A DNA stretch of 59,424 nt. Origin: an uncultured Verrucomicrobiota bacterium (GTDB lineage: Bacteria > Verrucomicrobiota > Verrucomicrobiia > Palsa-1439). The DNA lies in NCBI GenBank assembly GCA_964574605.1, contig CAZNOK010000002.1:1-59424 (forward strand), given 5' to 3'. Under the pieces are notes generated by a model. The model searched no databases. It was not told where the DNA came from and was given only the letters and a program-made list of their open reading frames with translations. Shown here piece after piece: positions 8,404 through 16,831 of the stretch. Each line of letters begins with the position of its first letter. Position 1 is the first letter of the stretch. Made by a program: the position numbers and the translations under genes.

Positions 8404-10379
8404 TTCTCCGCGCTCTCGTAATTCTTACGGCGGTTCCTGTAGCCGCGTTGCATGCCGGGGACTTTGTCCTCACCGGGCAAGGTGTCGCCCCGCAACCAAT
8501 CGTCGTTTTCAAGGGTGCCCCACCGCCAACACGCGAGGCAGCGGTGACGCTCGCGGCTTACATTGAAAAAATCAGCGCTGCACGTTTGCCGGTAGTTGAT
8601 GGCGAACCGAGGCCGTTGCCGGAATGTGCCATCTGGGTGGGTTATCAACCGGCACTCAAGAAAGTGTTCCCGAAGCTCGACTTCGACTTCAAACATCCGG
8701 AAGAAATCCTCATCGCGGCGAATGAAAACCATCTTGTGATCGCTGGACGTGACCGTTGGGATTCCCAGCACCTGAGCGCGATGGGCAAAGCCGGCAAGCC
8801 GGTGTTCACACAACAGGAATACGGCACCGCCAATGCGGTTTACACCTTTCTCCACGACAAGCTGGATGTGCGTTGGCTGTGGCCGGGGGAATTGGGCGAA
8901 GACATCACCAGGCGCCAGACGATTCGTCTCGCTCCATTTGAGTATCGCTACCATCCGCTCATCCGTTCACGCGGCGGTGTGTTCCACTTCTCCGCGCTGC
9001 TCAACACGCGCGGCTACGGTCGTTCGCATGATTGGACACGCTTTCACCGCCTGCAACTGCACTCGCTTGACATGGAAGGCGGTCACGGCTTTAGCGACTG
9101 GTGGGATCGCTATCACACGACGCATCCGGACATCTTTGCCCTTCAGCCAGACGGCACGCGCAGCGGCTTTCCCAATCCGCGCACGGTCAAGCTTTGCGAG
9201 TCGAACCCCAAAGTCTGGGAGTTGTGGTTGAAAGGCGTCGAGGAACAACTCGCCAAGGACCCCACTCGCACCGTGTTCAATGGCTCGCCCAACGACGGCT
9301 GGATGAGCGGCCACTGCGTCTGCAAGCACTGCTGCGCATGGGATCATCCCGACGGCGAGCTACGCCTTTTCAACTGGAAGAAGCACAACGAGGAGCGCCC
9401 GGCGTTGAGCGACCGGGATGTCACCTTCGCCAATCGGCTCGGCGAACTTCTGCGGAAGCGTTATCCCGACAAGAATTACTACGTCCTGATGCTTTCCTAC
9501 GGCCATTCGCGCCCTGCGCCGATCGTGGCGCGTCCGGCGAATAACGTGATCATCTCCAGCGTGGCGAATTGTTTTTCGCTTTTTGATGGTGTGGACCGCG
9601 GCTCAACAAGCGGCACGATGTATCGGCAACAATTCGAGGGCTGGGCCAAGCTCGTCCCGCATCTCTTGTGGCGTCCCAACACAGGGAGTCCCGCCGGCTG
9701 GCAACAGGGATTGCCTGACGTGCAGATGACGCAAGTCGCCAAGACGTTTCGGTTCATCACCGAAAACAAATGCATCGGAATCTACATTGACAGCGTTTGG
9801 GAGCATTGGGCGACGCAAGGCCCGCAATACTACCTGATGGCACAGCTCGCATGGAACCCGCGGCAGGACGGCCAAGCTATCTTAAATGATTATTATGGTC
9901 GCGCATTCGGGCCGGCCGCAACCTCGATGAAGAACTACTTCCAAATGCTGGAACAGGCTCGGATGGCCCATGTCGAGAAACGCACCAACGAGGCCGGCGT
10001 CTTGAATCTGCCGCGCCTCTACACGAATGAACTCTTGGAGCAGGCCGACAAACAGTTGCGACAGGCAGAAGACAAAGTTGCAGGTGAGTCACCTCGCTAT
10101 CGTCAGCGAATACAGTTTGTGCGGGTCGGTCTGACGTGGACCCGTCTGGTTACTGAGAACATCCGGCTCATGGAGTCGTACTGGCGAAAGAAAGACGAAG
10201 CCCTCGCTGCAAAGGTGCGCATCAACTGGGCAGCGATGGAACAGTTGTGCAAGGACCAACCCTACGCCATCAACTGGGGTCCCTGTCGCCCCGGCACCGA
10301 ACGGATGCTTGGCCTGCATCCCGACCACCCGAACCCCAAATGGGAAAAGAGCAAACTCAACAACCTCGGTCTCAACTGA
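8400..10379 (+). CDS. Secreted DUF4838-like putative glycoside hydrolase
   Basis: ATGA overlap with the upstream stop at 8400-8403. Signal peptide MILRALVILTAVPVAALHA. DUF4838-style body recalled from memory (GHGFSDWWDRYHTTHPDIFALQPDGTR...VKLCESNPKVWELW). Confidence 0.5.
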   Translation: MILRALVILTAVPVAALHAGDFVLTGQGVAPQPIVVFKGAPPPTREAAVTLAAYIEKISAARLPVVDGEPRPLPECAIWVGYQPALKKVFPKLDFDFKHPEEILIAANENHLVIAGRDRWDSQHLSAMGKAGKPVFTQQEYGTANAVYTFLHDKLDVRWLWPGELGEDITRRQTIRLAPFEYRYHPLIRSRGGVFHFSALLNTRGYGRSHDWTRFHRLQLHSLDMEGGHGFSDWWDRYHTTHPDIFALQPDGTRSGFPNPRTVKLCESNPKVWELWLKGVEEQLAKDPTRTVFNGSPNDGWMSGHCVCKHCCAWDHPDGELRLFNWKKHNEERPALSDRDVTFANRLGELLRKRYPDKNYYVLMLSYGHSRPAPIVARPANNVIISSVANCFSLFDGVDRGSTSGTMYRQQFEGWAKLVPHLLWRPNTGSPAGWQQGLPDVQMTQVAKTFRFITENKCIGIYIDSVWEHWATQGPQYYLMAQLAWNPRQDGQAILNDYYGRAFGPAATSMKNYFQMLEQARMAHVEKRTNEAGVLNLPRLYTNELLEQADKQLRQAEDKVAGESPRYRQRIQFVRVGLTWTRLVTENIRLMESYWRKKDEALAAKVRINWAAMEQLCKDQPYAINWGPCRPGTERMLGLHPDHPNPKWEKSKLNNLGLN

Positions 10380-10395
10380 TTCTCTCTTCCAGCGT

Positions 10396-11706
10396 ATGAA
10401 ACAAATTCTCTCCCTCCCCCTCCTCGCTTCGCTGCTAGCAATCGAAGCCGTGACATCGCAAGGTCCGTCGGTTACCGACTATCCCTCGATTCAGGAAGCC
10501 ATCCGCGCAAACCCCGGCCGGATGGTCTATCTGCCAGCCGGCGATTATGATATTTCGGAAAGAATCCACATCGGACGGCAAGGCGGCGGATTGTTCGGCC
10601 CCGGTCGCATCCGGCAAAACAATCCGAAGCACCCGATCCTTGTCGTCGAGAACGCGACCAACGCCCAGATCCGCGATCTCACGTTGGTGCGGCCCGAAGG
10701 CAAGACCGACACGCAAAGCGAAGGCGTGCTGGCAATCAAGTGTCGCAATCTCGTATTGGAAAACCTGCAAGTGCTCGACAACCGCACTCGCACCGCGGCG
10801 ATTGAGTTCCGCGATTGTTACGCGAGCCAGATTCGCCATTGTCTGGTCCAGAATTATCAGTGCGTCTCGGAAGATGACCGGACGATGGATAAGGATTCGG
10901 GCTACGCCTTCAAGTGTCTCATCGGCACCGGTATCGTCCTCAAGGACAGCCGCGCCACGCTGGTTCAGGGCAACCGCGTCATCGAACAGAACCTGTTTCC
11001 GACGCCGGAGAACAAAACGAAGCTTGGCCTTGGCGATTTCACGAAGAAGAACGCCACGCATGGCCGGTTCATCTCCAAAAAGGCTTGGGACGCAGGCTAC
11101 ACCGACAACTGGCACCAAGCGACCGCCATCCACGTCGCTTGCCCGACGACCACGGATTACACACAAGTGATCGGCAATTACGTCGAGAACTCCGGACAAG
11201 GATTCGACATCCACGCCGACCACGTGATCATCGCCAACAACATCGTCAAGGACACCATGATCGGCATGAAAGCCATTCACGGCTCGCGCAACGTCATCGT
11301 CACCGGCAATCAGTTCTCACAAAACGACCTCTGGAGCATCGCGATGCAAGCCGCCCGGTCGTCGCGTCCCGCCGTGAACGTTGACGGCGGTTCGATCATC
11401 GCCAACAACATCATTTCTGATTTTGGCTACGGTCACGCCCACTGGATGCGAGCCGGCGACGACCACGGCATTCCGATTCGCTTCGAAGCCGGCCAGACGG
11501 AAAACAACCCGCCGCTCAAGCACGTTATCATCCAAGGCAACATCATCTACGATACCGGCCGCGATGCGCTCAAAGTCCTTCCGCCACGCTACAAGTATGC
11601 CGTCCACATTGCCACGGAAGGCATTGCTCCGCCGAAGGAACTGCATTTCTCCAACAACATCTTCCATCCCGGAACAGCGGGAATTTCAAACGTGGATATC
11701 AAATGA
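10396..11706 (+). CDS. Secreted right-handed parallel beta-helix repeat protein
   Basis: Signal peptide MKQILSLPLLASLLAIEAVTS. Repeated beta-helix rungs (NAQIRDLTLV, NLVLENLQVL, IRHCLVQN, VIIANNIVKD, VIVTGNQFSQN, IIQGNIIYD). Confidence 0.6.
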   Translation: MKQILSLPLLASLLAIEAVTSQGPSVTDYPSIQEAIRANPGRMVYLPAGDYDISERIHIGRQGGGLFGPGRIRQNNPKHPILVVENATNAQIRDLTLVRPEGKTDTQSEGVLAIKCRNLVLENLQVLDNRTRTAAIEFRDCYASQIRHCLVQNYQCVSEDDRTMDKDSGYAFKCLIGTGIVLKDSRATLVQGNRVIEQNLFPTPENKTKLGLGDFTKKNATHGRFISKKAWDAGYTDNWHQATAIHVACPTTTDYTQVIGNYVENSGQGFDIHADHVIIANNIVKDTMIGMKAIHGSRNVIVTGNQFSQNDLWSIAMQAARSSRPAVNVDGGSIIANNIISDFGYGHAHWMRAGDDHGIPIRFEAGQTENNPPLKHVIIQGNIIYDTGRDALKVLPPRYKYAVHIATEGIAPPKELHFSNNIFHPGTAGISNVDIK

Positions 11707-13136
11707 CAATCACGCGACGCTCTGCCGTAAAAACCCTTCTCGCCACGTTTGCCGGAGGCGTGGTGAATCCGTCCTTCGGAGCGGACATCCGCAACGCGCC
11801 CGAGGAAATAATCAAGACACAAGTCTGCGTGATCGGCGGCGGCAGCGGCGGGACGGGTGCGGCGCTCGCCGCCGCTCGCGCCGGTGCCAAGGTCGTCTTG
11901 CTGGAACGCGAATCCATCCTTGGCGGCACTGGCACCTGCGCATGGGTCTGCGTCTGGCGCCCGGTCATGGGTGCCAACGGCATTCCTCGCGACATCTACG
12001 CGGCGATGCAAGAGGATCCGTTGGGCACGTCGGGCACCAACTACGCATCGAGCGGAATGGCGGGACGCGAAAAAGGTGGCAAGTGGCTGCCAAAGAATTC
12101 CAGCTTGGTGTATGAACCCCGAGCATACGATTACGCCGTCCGCGAAATGATCGAGGCGACCGGCCAATGCCAAACGCTGCTGGCCACGACGTTTTGCCGG
12201 GCGCGGGTGGAAAACGACACGATCAAAGCCGTGGAGGCTTGGTTCGCCGGCAAACGATTGGTAATCGAGGCCGATGTCTTCATTGACTGCACAGCCGATG
12301 GCGATGTCTGCGCCGATGCCGGCTGCGAATACCGCATGGGCGAGGATCCCAAGTCGCGGCACAACGAACCGTCGGCGCCGGAGCAGGCCGAGATGTCGCT
12401 CAACTCGTTGACACTCTGTTACCGAATCACCGACACGGGGGTCCCGCAGAAACCGTATCTGCCGAAGGGCGTCAAGAGTGGTAGTTGTCCGCTCGGCGCG
12501 TGCTACGACAAAATGCCCAATGGCGATGTCGTGGTCAACGCCGTCAGCATGATTAAAGGCAACGTCATCCTGTGCATGGAGCACAGCCAGTTGATGCGCG
12601 AGGCCCAGCGCCGCGTGTACGCGCACTTCCATGCGATCCAGACGCAAGAGTCGAGCAAGAAGGGATGGAACACATGGACGATTTCCGGGGTCGCGCCGCG
12701 GATTGGCGTGCGCGAAACCCGTCGGATTCTCGGCGACTACGTGTTGACCGAGAACGACTGCCAAGTCGGTCTCGCCAAGCAACCGCACAAAGACGTGATC
12801 GCCATTGCCGACCACTCCATAGACATGCATGGTCGCCGGGGACGATTCTACCGGCTGGATGGCCCCTATGGAATCCCCTATCGCTGCCTGCTGCCAAAGG
12901 GCGTGCGGAACCTAATGATCGCCAGCCGCGCTGCCAGTTTCTCGCACATTGCCGCGTCGTCGTGCCGTTTGCAGCGCACGATGACTACCCTCGGCCAAGC
13001 TGCCGGCAACGCCGCCGCTCTGGCCGTCAAACATGACATGGATCTGCGCCACATTGATGTCGCCGACCTGCAAGCCAAACTGCGAACGCAAGGCGTGGAC
13101 ATCGCGGCGCCGGTCAGACCAACTTCTCCGGCTTGA
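11703..13136 (+). CDS. Tat-signal FAD-dependent oxidoreductase
   Basis: ATGA overlap with the upstream gene. Leader MTITRRSAVKTLLATFAGG. Dinucleotide-binding motif VCVIGGGSGGTGAALAAARAGAKVVLLERESILGGTGT. Confidence 0.75.
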   Translation: MTITRRSAVKTLLATFAGGVVNPSFGADIRNAPEEIIKTQVCVIGGGSGGTGAALAAARAGAKVVLLERESILGGTGTCAWVCVWRPVMGANGIPRDIYAAMQEDPLGTSGTNYASSGMAGREKGGKWLPKNSSLVYEPRAYDYAVREMIEATGQCQTLLATTFCRARVENDTIKAVEAWFAGKRLVIEADVFIDCTADGDVCADAGCEYRMGEDPKSRHNEPSAPEQAEMSLNSLTLCYRITDTGVPQKPYLPKGVKSGSCPLGACYDKMPNGDVVVNAVSMIKGNVILCMEHSQLMREAQRRVYAHFHAIQTQESSKKGWNTWTISGVAPRIGVRETRRILGDYVLTENDCQVGLAKQPHKDVIAIADHSIDMHGRRGRFYRLDGPYGIPYRCLLPKGVRNLMIASRAASFSHIAASSCRLQRTMTTLGQAAGNAAALAVKHDMDLRHIDVADLQAKLRTQGVDIAAPVRPTSPA

Positions 13137-13139
13137 GCG

Positions 13140-14354
13140 CTACGCAGACCGCATGCGGATGAACCACGTGACATCTTCGTCAAGCTCATAGGGGCGGTTA
13201 AGCTCGGCGGAAATTTCATCCACTGCACGCTTCACGCCCCACTTTGGGTTCTCGCCTAGCTCGATGTCGTGGCCGCAAAGCAGACCGCCATGTTTAACTT
13301 TTGGCAGCCAAGCACGGATATCCTCGATGCAGCCCTCATAGGTATGATCGCCATCGACGAATGCGAAGTCGAGAGACCGGTCGGGAACCTGAGCCGCGGC
13401 TTCGAGGGAAGGCGCGCGCATAATGGTGCGCCTTCCAGCGGCAAAGTCGGTGCGGCGGAAGGCATCCGCGTGCCAGCGGTCCCATGTGGCTTGTGAGGTA
13501 TGGGCGTAAGCGGCCGGGCTTTGTTCATAGCGTGAGTTCTTGGGCCATTGCAGCCAAGGGTCCACCATGCGAAGTCGTAGGTCGGGCCGGGCGGCTAATA
13601 AGTAGGCGGAGAGTTTGCCGCGGAGCACGCCGATCTCGGCACCAGATGGGTTGGTGACACCTCGGAGGTGTTTGAGGATGGCATCGCCGCGTCCGATGCG
13701 GGGCCGGAAATCCTCGACGGGGCAGGACCAGAATGCATAGAACCAGCGAAGCTGTTCGACAGGACGGCCGGCAATTCCGTGCATATGGCCAACGACGATG
13801 TTGTTGGCATCGGCTGGCTTCATGAGATGCTGAAAATCCAGCCAGTTGAACTCTTTTTGCAGCCAGCGTGCCGCGATGCCGAGTTGGACCCGCGCCGCAT
13901 TGAGTTGGGTTTGATCCTTGAATGGCGACTTAAGCGTTTTCAACAGGGCCTCTGCTCGCTCCAACAGTTTCCGGTGGTGTGTCCGGTTAAGGATGAAGAA
14001 GCCGCTGTTGAAGTACTCCTTCGGCGGAATCCCGACCCGCCGAGCATCCTGTATGACCCAACCGCGGTCCCAGAGATCGCCGACACAAACCAGTTCCGGC
14101 AGATTCGCGTATGCGCGGGGATCGAACTGCTTCAAGAAAATCGTGTCGGCATCGAAGTAGAGAATGTTTTCCACTTCGGGAAACTCCTCGAACATCCGGA
14201 ATTTCAGGTGGTGCGGGTGTTGGACGCCATGCCGCAGCGCCGCCTCGGGGCCGAGAATGTGAACCTCCAGCCCAGTGCGCTGCCGGCAGGAGTCGGCGGC
14301 GAGTGTCGCCAGTAGTTCATACTTTTCGCCAACGCCGATGGTTACCGCGATCAT
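13140..14354 (-). CDS. GT8-like glycosyltransferase fused to class I SAM-dependent methyltransferase (Methyltransf_24-like)
   Basis: ATG 14354 overlaps the GT9 stop (ATGA); an alternative ATG lies at 14366. N-terminal half has DxD-type ILYFDADTIF and NSGFFILN. C-terminal half has LDFAFVDGDHTYEGCIEDIRAWLPKVKHGGLLCGHD. Confidence 0.65.
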   Translation of the reverse strand: MIAVTIGVGEKYELLATLAADSCRQRTGLEVHILGPEAALRHGVQHPHHLKFRMFEEFPEVENILYFDADTIFLKQFDPRAYANLPELVCVGDLWDRGWVIQDARRVGIPPKEYFNSGFFILNRTHHRKLLERAEALLKTLKSPFKDQTQLNAARVQLGIAARWLQKEFNWLDFQHLMKPADANNIVVGHMHGIAGRPVEQLRWFYAFWSCPVEDFRPRIGRGDAILKHLRGVTNPSGAEIGVLRGKLSAYLLAARPDLRLRMVDPWLQWPKNSRYEQSPAAYAHTSQATWDRWHADAFRRTDFAAGRRTIMRAPSLEAAAQVPDRSLDFAFVDGDHTYEGCIEDIRAWLPKVKHGGLLCGHDIELGENPKWGVKRAVDEISAELNRPYELDEDVTWFIRMRSA

Positions 14355-15478
14355 GAGCTTGTCCATATCGCCTGACAGAATTCCCTTTCTTTTGAACTCA
14401 GATACTTGACCGCGCCGCCGGCGAAGTAGCACTCGATGCGGCGGATGACTTCCTCCGCACTAATCATATCCATGCAACGCGGCAATAGGCGCGGCCATTG
14501 CTCGCGCGGATAGGCCAGCGCGTTTTTCGGTGGCGCGCTGCTCCCGTTGCCGGGCAGCACGACATCCACGCATATCTTGTCCGGCTTGTCTTTCTCGTCG
14601 CCATCGCCCAGCGGCACGGCCCGCGACTTCCAACAACCGCCGTTATCGCAGCAGAACAGCGCGCCGTTGGTGTGGATGTATTGATGATGCGGATACGCTT
14701 CCCACTGCGCCGGTTCGCGTCCGCCGGCCACCACCACGCACGGGCGGTTCTTTGGCATCCCCGTCTTGGTCTCGACCGCCGCCGCAAGATGCATCATCAG
14801 CGTCACCGGGCAGAGCACGCCTTGGGCGTGATAGACCAGCCGCACCAGTTGCCGCAGATCGGTCTTGCCGCGAAAGTCGAGTGCGCCTTTCAGTGCTGGA
14901 TGCTCGTGGCCTTTCTCGCCGACTTGCACGAACAGAATCTTGCCCCGGAAATAGTCCACCACTTTCTGGAACCGCTCGTGCGACCACCATTTGATGGTGA
15001 AGTCCTTCTTGCCGCCGGCCACGACGATCCAGAATGGCACCGGCTCCTTGGTGATCTCCTGCACTTGCGACATCCATTGCTTTTCCGGCGGCGCAAGATG
15101 AATGTCGCCCTTGAACGGGCCGGGACGGATCGCGACGCTGAGTTTCGCGCTGAGGAACTGCGTGAACCCGTGGATGAAATGCCACGGCTCGGTGTTGCTG
15201 TGGTGAATCAACGGATACTCGCACTGGATGACCTCGTCCGCGATCTGTAGCCGCGAGGCGTCCTCGCGGCCCGGTTTAGCCCCGCCGCGAACAGGGTTCG
15301 CGGCTACAGGCTCAGCCAATGGTGTGATATACGGATTGTTCTCCCAGAGTTGCGGGCAGGGTGTGCGCACATCCGTGAGAAACTGTTTTGGGTGCGACAG
15401 GTGCAAGTCGCGCACCGCTGCCGTCAACATCACGATGTCGCCGGGCGACAGGAAATTTTTCAGGATGATTTTCCTCAT
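14351..15478 (-). CDS. Glycosyltransferase family 9 (heptosyltransferase-fold) protein
   Basis: N-terminus KIILKNFLSPGDIVMLTAAVRDLH. C-terminal GT9-type Cys/CM..I....V signature (FCCDNGGCW...CMDMISAEEVIRRI). Its ATG overlaps the stop of the upstream poly-Ser ORF (ATGA at 15475-15478). Confidence 0.75.
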   Translation of the reverse strand: MRKIILKNFLSPGDIVMLTAAVRDLHLSHPKQFLTDVRTPCPQLWENNPYITPLAEPVAANPVRGGAKPGREDASRLQIADEVIQCEYPLIHHSNTEPWHFIHGFTQFLSAKLSVAIRPGPFKGDIHLAPPEKQWMSQVQEITKEPVPFWIVVAGGKKDFTIKWWSHERFQKVVDYFRGKILFVQVGEKGHEHPALKGALDFRGKTDLRQLVRLVYHAQGVLCPVTLMMHLAAAVETKTGMPKNRPCVVVAGGREPAQWEAYPHHQYIHTNGALFCCDNGGCWKSRAVPLGDGDEKDKPDKICVDVVLPGNGSSAPPKNALAYPREQWPRLLPRCMDMISAEEVIRRIECYFAGGAVKYLSSKEREFCQAIWTSS

Positions 15479-16101
15479 GGCGGGCTGGAGCTGGAGGAAA
15501 CGCTCGACAAGCTCACGCTCGAAGAATTCGAAGACGCTGGAGGGCTGGAAGCACTGGAAGATGGCGGAAAAGTGGAGGAAGACGACGAACTATAGGAGCC
15601 GTCGGTAAAAGAACTGCTGGATGAACTCGATGACGGCGGAGCCGAAGACGAGGAGCAGCACGAAGATTGCGAAGAAGACAACGAAGCACTCGACAGGCTC
15701 GTGCTGGAGGAACCACTGCTGCTCGGTGGCGAGCTTGTCGAGCTGCTGCTTGGCGGTGAGCTTGCCGAACTGCTGCTGGAAACGGACAGGCTTGATGATG
15801 AACTGACGGACGAGACGCTACTGCTGGAACTCGGCGACGAACTGCTGCGACTGGAAGAACTGCTTGGCGGCGAACTACTGCTGCTGGAGGAACTGGAAGA
15901 CTGAGACGAGATGGAAGAACTGGAGGACTGGGAGGAGGACGACACGCTCGACAGGCTCGCGCTGGAACTACTGACCGGCGGTTGCCCGCCGGTATGCGAG
16001 AGCGGCGGCTTGCGCTTTTTGCGGGGATGACGCCGCAGGGTCCGGCGGCGTTCCGGCTTGCGCTCCTTCCGAGCTGCTTTCTTTTTTCGTCTCCGGTTCA
16101 C
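15475..16101 (-). CDS. Highly basic N-terminus + poly-Ser low-complexity protein (hypothetical)
   Basis: GTG start at 16101. Twenty of the first 31 residues are K/R (MNRRRKKKAARKERKPERRRTLRRHPRKKRK). About 160 residues of almost pure Ser with scattered P/Q/V/L follow. It has the same Ser-coding style as the linkers of the clearly coding 1110-aa gene. It is stop/start coupled to the GT9 gene. Low complexity keeps several frames open, so confidence is moderate. Confidence 0.5.
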   Translation of the reverse strand: MNRRRKKKAARKERKPERRRTLRRHPRKKRKPPLSHTGGQPPVSSSSASLSSVSSSSQSSSSSISSQSSSSSSSSSSPPSSSSSRSSSSPSSSSSVSSVSSSSSLSVSSSSSASSPPSSSSTSSPPSSSGSSSTSLSSASLSSSQSSCCSSSSAPPSSSSSSSSFTDGSYSSSSSSTFPPSSSASSPPASSNSSSVSLSSVSSSSSPP

Positions 16102-16105
16102 GGGT

Positions 16106-16174
16106 GTAGGGGCGGACTGCGTCCGCCCCTGTTGTCCGTCGCATTGCGGCGGGGCGCACGCAGTGCGCCCCTAC
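16106..16174. repeat. REP-like double-hairpin element (GTAGGGG...CCCCTAC), copy D
   Basis: The sequence is GTAGGGGCGGAC-TGC-GTCCGCCCC ... GGGGCGCAC-GCA-GTGCGCCCCTAC. It has two 9-bp-stem hairpins and inverted GTAGGGG/CCCCTAC ends. It is intergenic, between the stop at 16185 and the start at 16101. Confidence 0.75.
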
Positions 16175-16184
16175 CGCGCGCACC

Positions 16185-16805
16185 TCACGGCTGACAGACT
16201 GCCGTTACATCATCGCTGGTCAAGCCGACTTCGTTGTCGTTGACCACATAGATGCCGCGATATTTCCGGACCTCAGGCTTCCCCGCGACCAGTAAAGGGC
16301 GATTGTCCACATACGGCGATGCGGTGTCCCGCGCCAGAAACACAAAACCAGCATCGCCTTCGCGCTGGCAGTAGAGGTTCACGCCATCGGCCTTGCTCTT
16401 GTTGAAGGCAATCTCCACCGCTCCATGCGGCAGCGGATTGGCGACCAGCGTCGGCTGCGCCACCGTCATGTCGGTGGTGTCTTCCGCGCCGACGATGCCG
16501 AGTTGGATGCCGAGGGCTTCGGTGTAGTTGCGGTGCCCCTTGACCCGCTTCGCGAACTTGCGCACGTGCGCTTCCAGTTCCCGACGGGTGTCGTCCTTGT
16601 CCTTGGTCGCTTGCTTCGCTGCGACGTTGGCAGTTGCGGCAGTAGTGGTCTTGGTACGGATCGCAGTATTATCGTCGCCGATTTCCGTCAGATCATCGGC
16701 ACTGATCCCCAAGGTGGCCCCGATGGCCGTGGCTGCGGTTTTGAACCGGTCATGCCAACTGACCAGTTCCGCATCGCTCTTCGGCATATATGCGCCTTTT
16801 GCCAT
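16185..16805 (-). CDS. Hypothetical protein (helical N-terminal half, beta-rich FN3-like C-terminal half)
   Basis: Clean 206-aa ORF with ordinary composition, and every overlapping ORF is shorter with biased composition. No motif that I can name. Confidence 0.6.
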   Translation of the reverse strand: MAKGAYMPKSDAELVSWHDRFKTAATAIGATLGISADDLTEIGDDNTAIRTKTTTAATANVAAKQATKDKDDTRRELEAHVRKFAKRVKGHRNYTEALGIQLGIVGAEDTTDMTVAQPTLVANPLPHGAVEIAFNKSKADGVNLYCQREGDAGFVFLARDTASPYVDNRPLLVAGKPEVRKYRGIYVVNDNEVGLTSDDVTAVCQP

Positions 16806-16831
16806 GATGTAACCTTCTCCTTTCTAGGTGG

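Noticed and set aside
14500-14700. The Cys cluster in the GT9 protein (FCCDNGGCW...ICVD...CMDMI), considered as evidence for a TibC/AAH-like iron-finger and hence a protein-heptosyltransferase identity.
   Set aside because: Ordinary LPS heptosyltransferases also carry a C-terminal Cys-rich C..C....C......CM..I motif. The cluster alone does not discriminate between the two, so the protein-glycosylation idea rests on gene coupling only.
15621-15904. Plus-strand Leu/Glu-rich ORFs (15621..15806, 15701..15904, also 19310..19762 and 20327..20545).
   Set aside because: They are mirror images of the minus-strand Ser-coding tracts: GAG/CTG/GAA/CTC are complements of Ser-rich frames. They have no start context or coupling to neighbours.
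15480-16000. Highly repetitive DNA at 15480-16000, 19236-19548, 20254-20481 and 20885-21042, considered as possible CRISPR or non-coding satellite arrays.
   Set aside because: There is no repeat-spacer organisation. The periodicity is codon-level (Ser codons). In the 1110-aa gene the tracts are in frame between folded domains, so they are coding low-complexity linkers.
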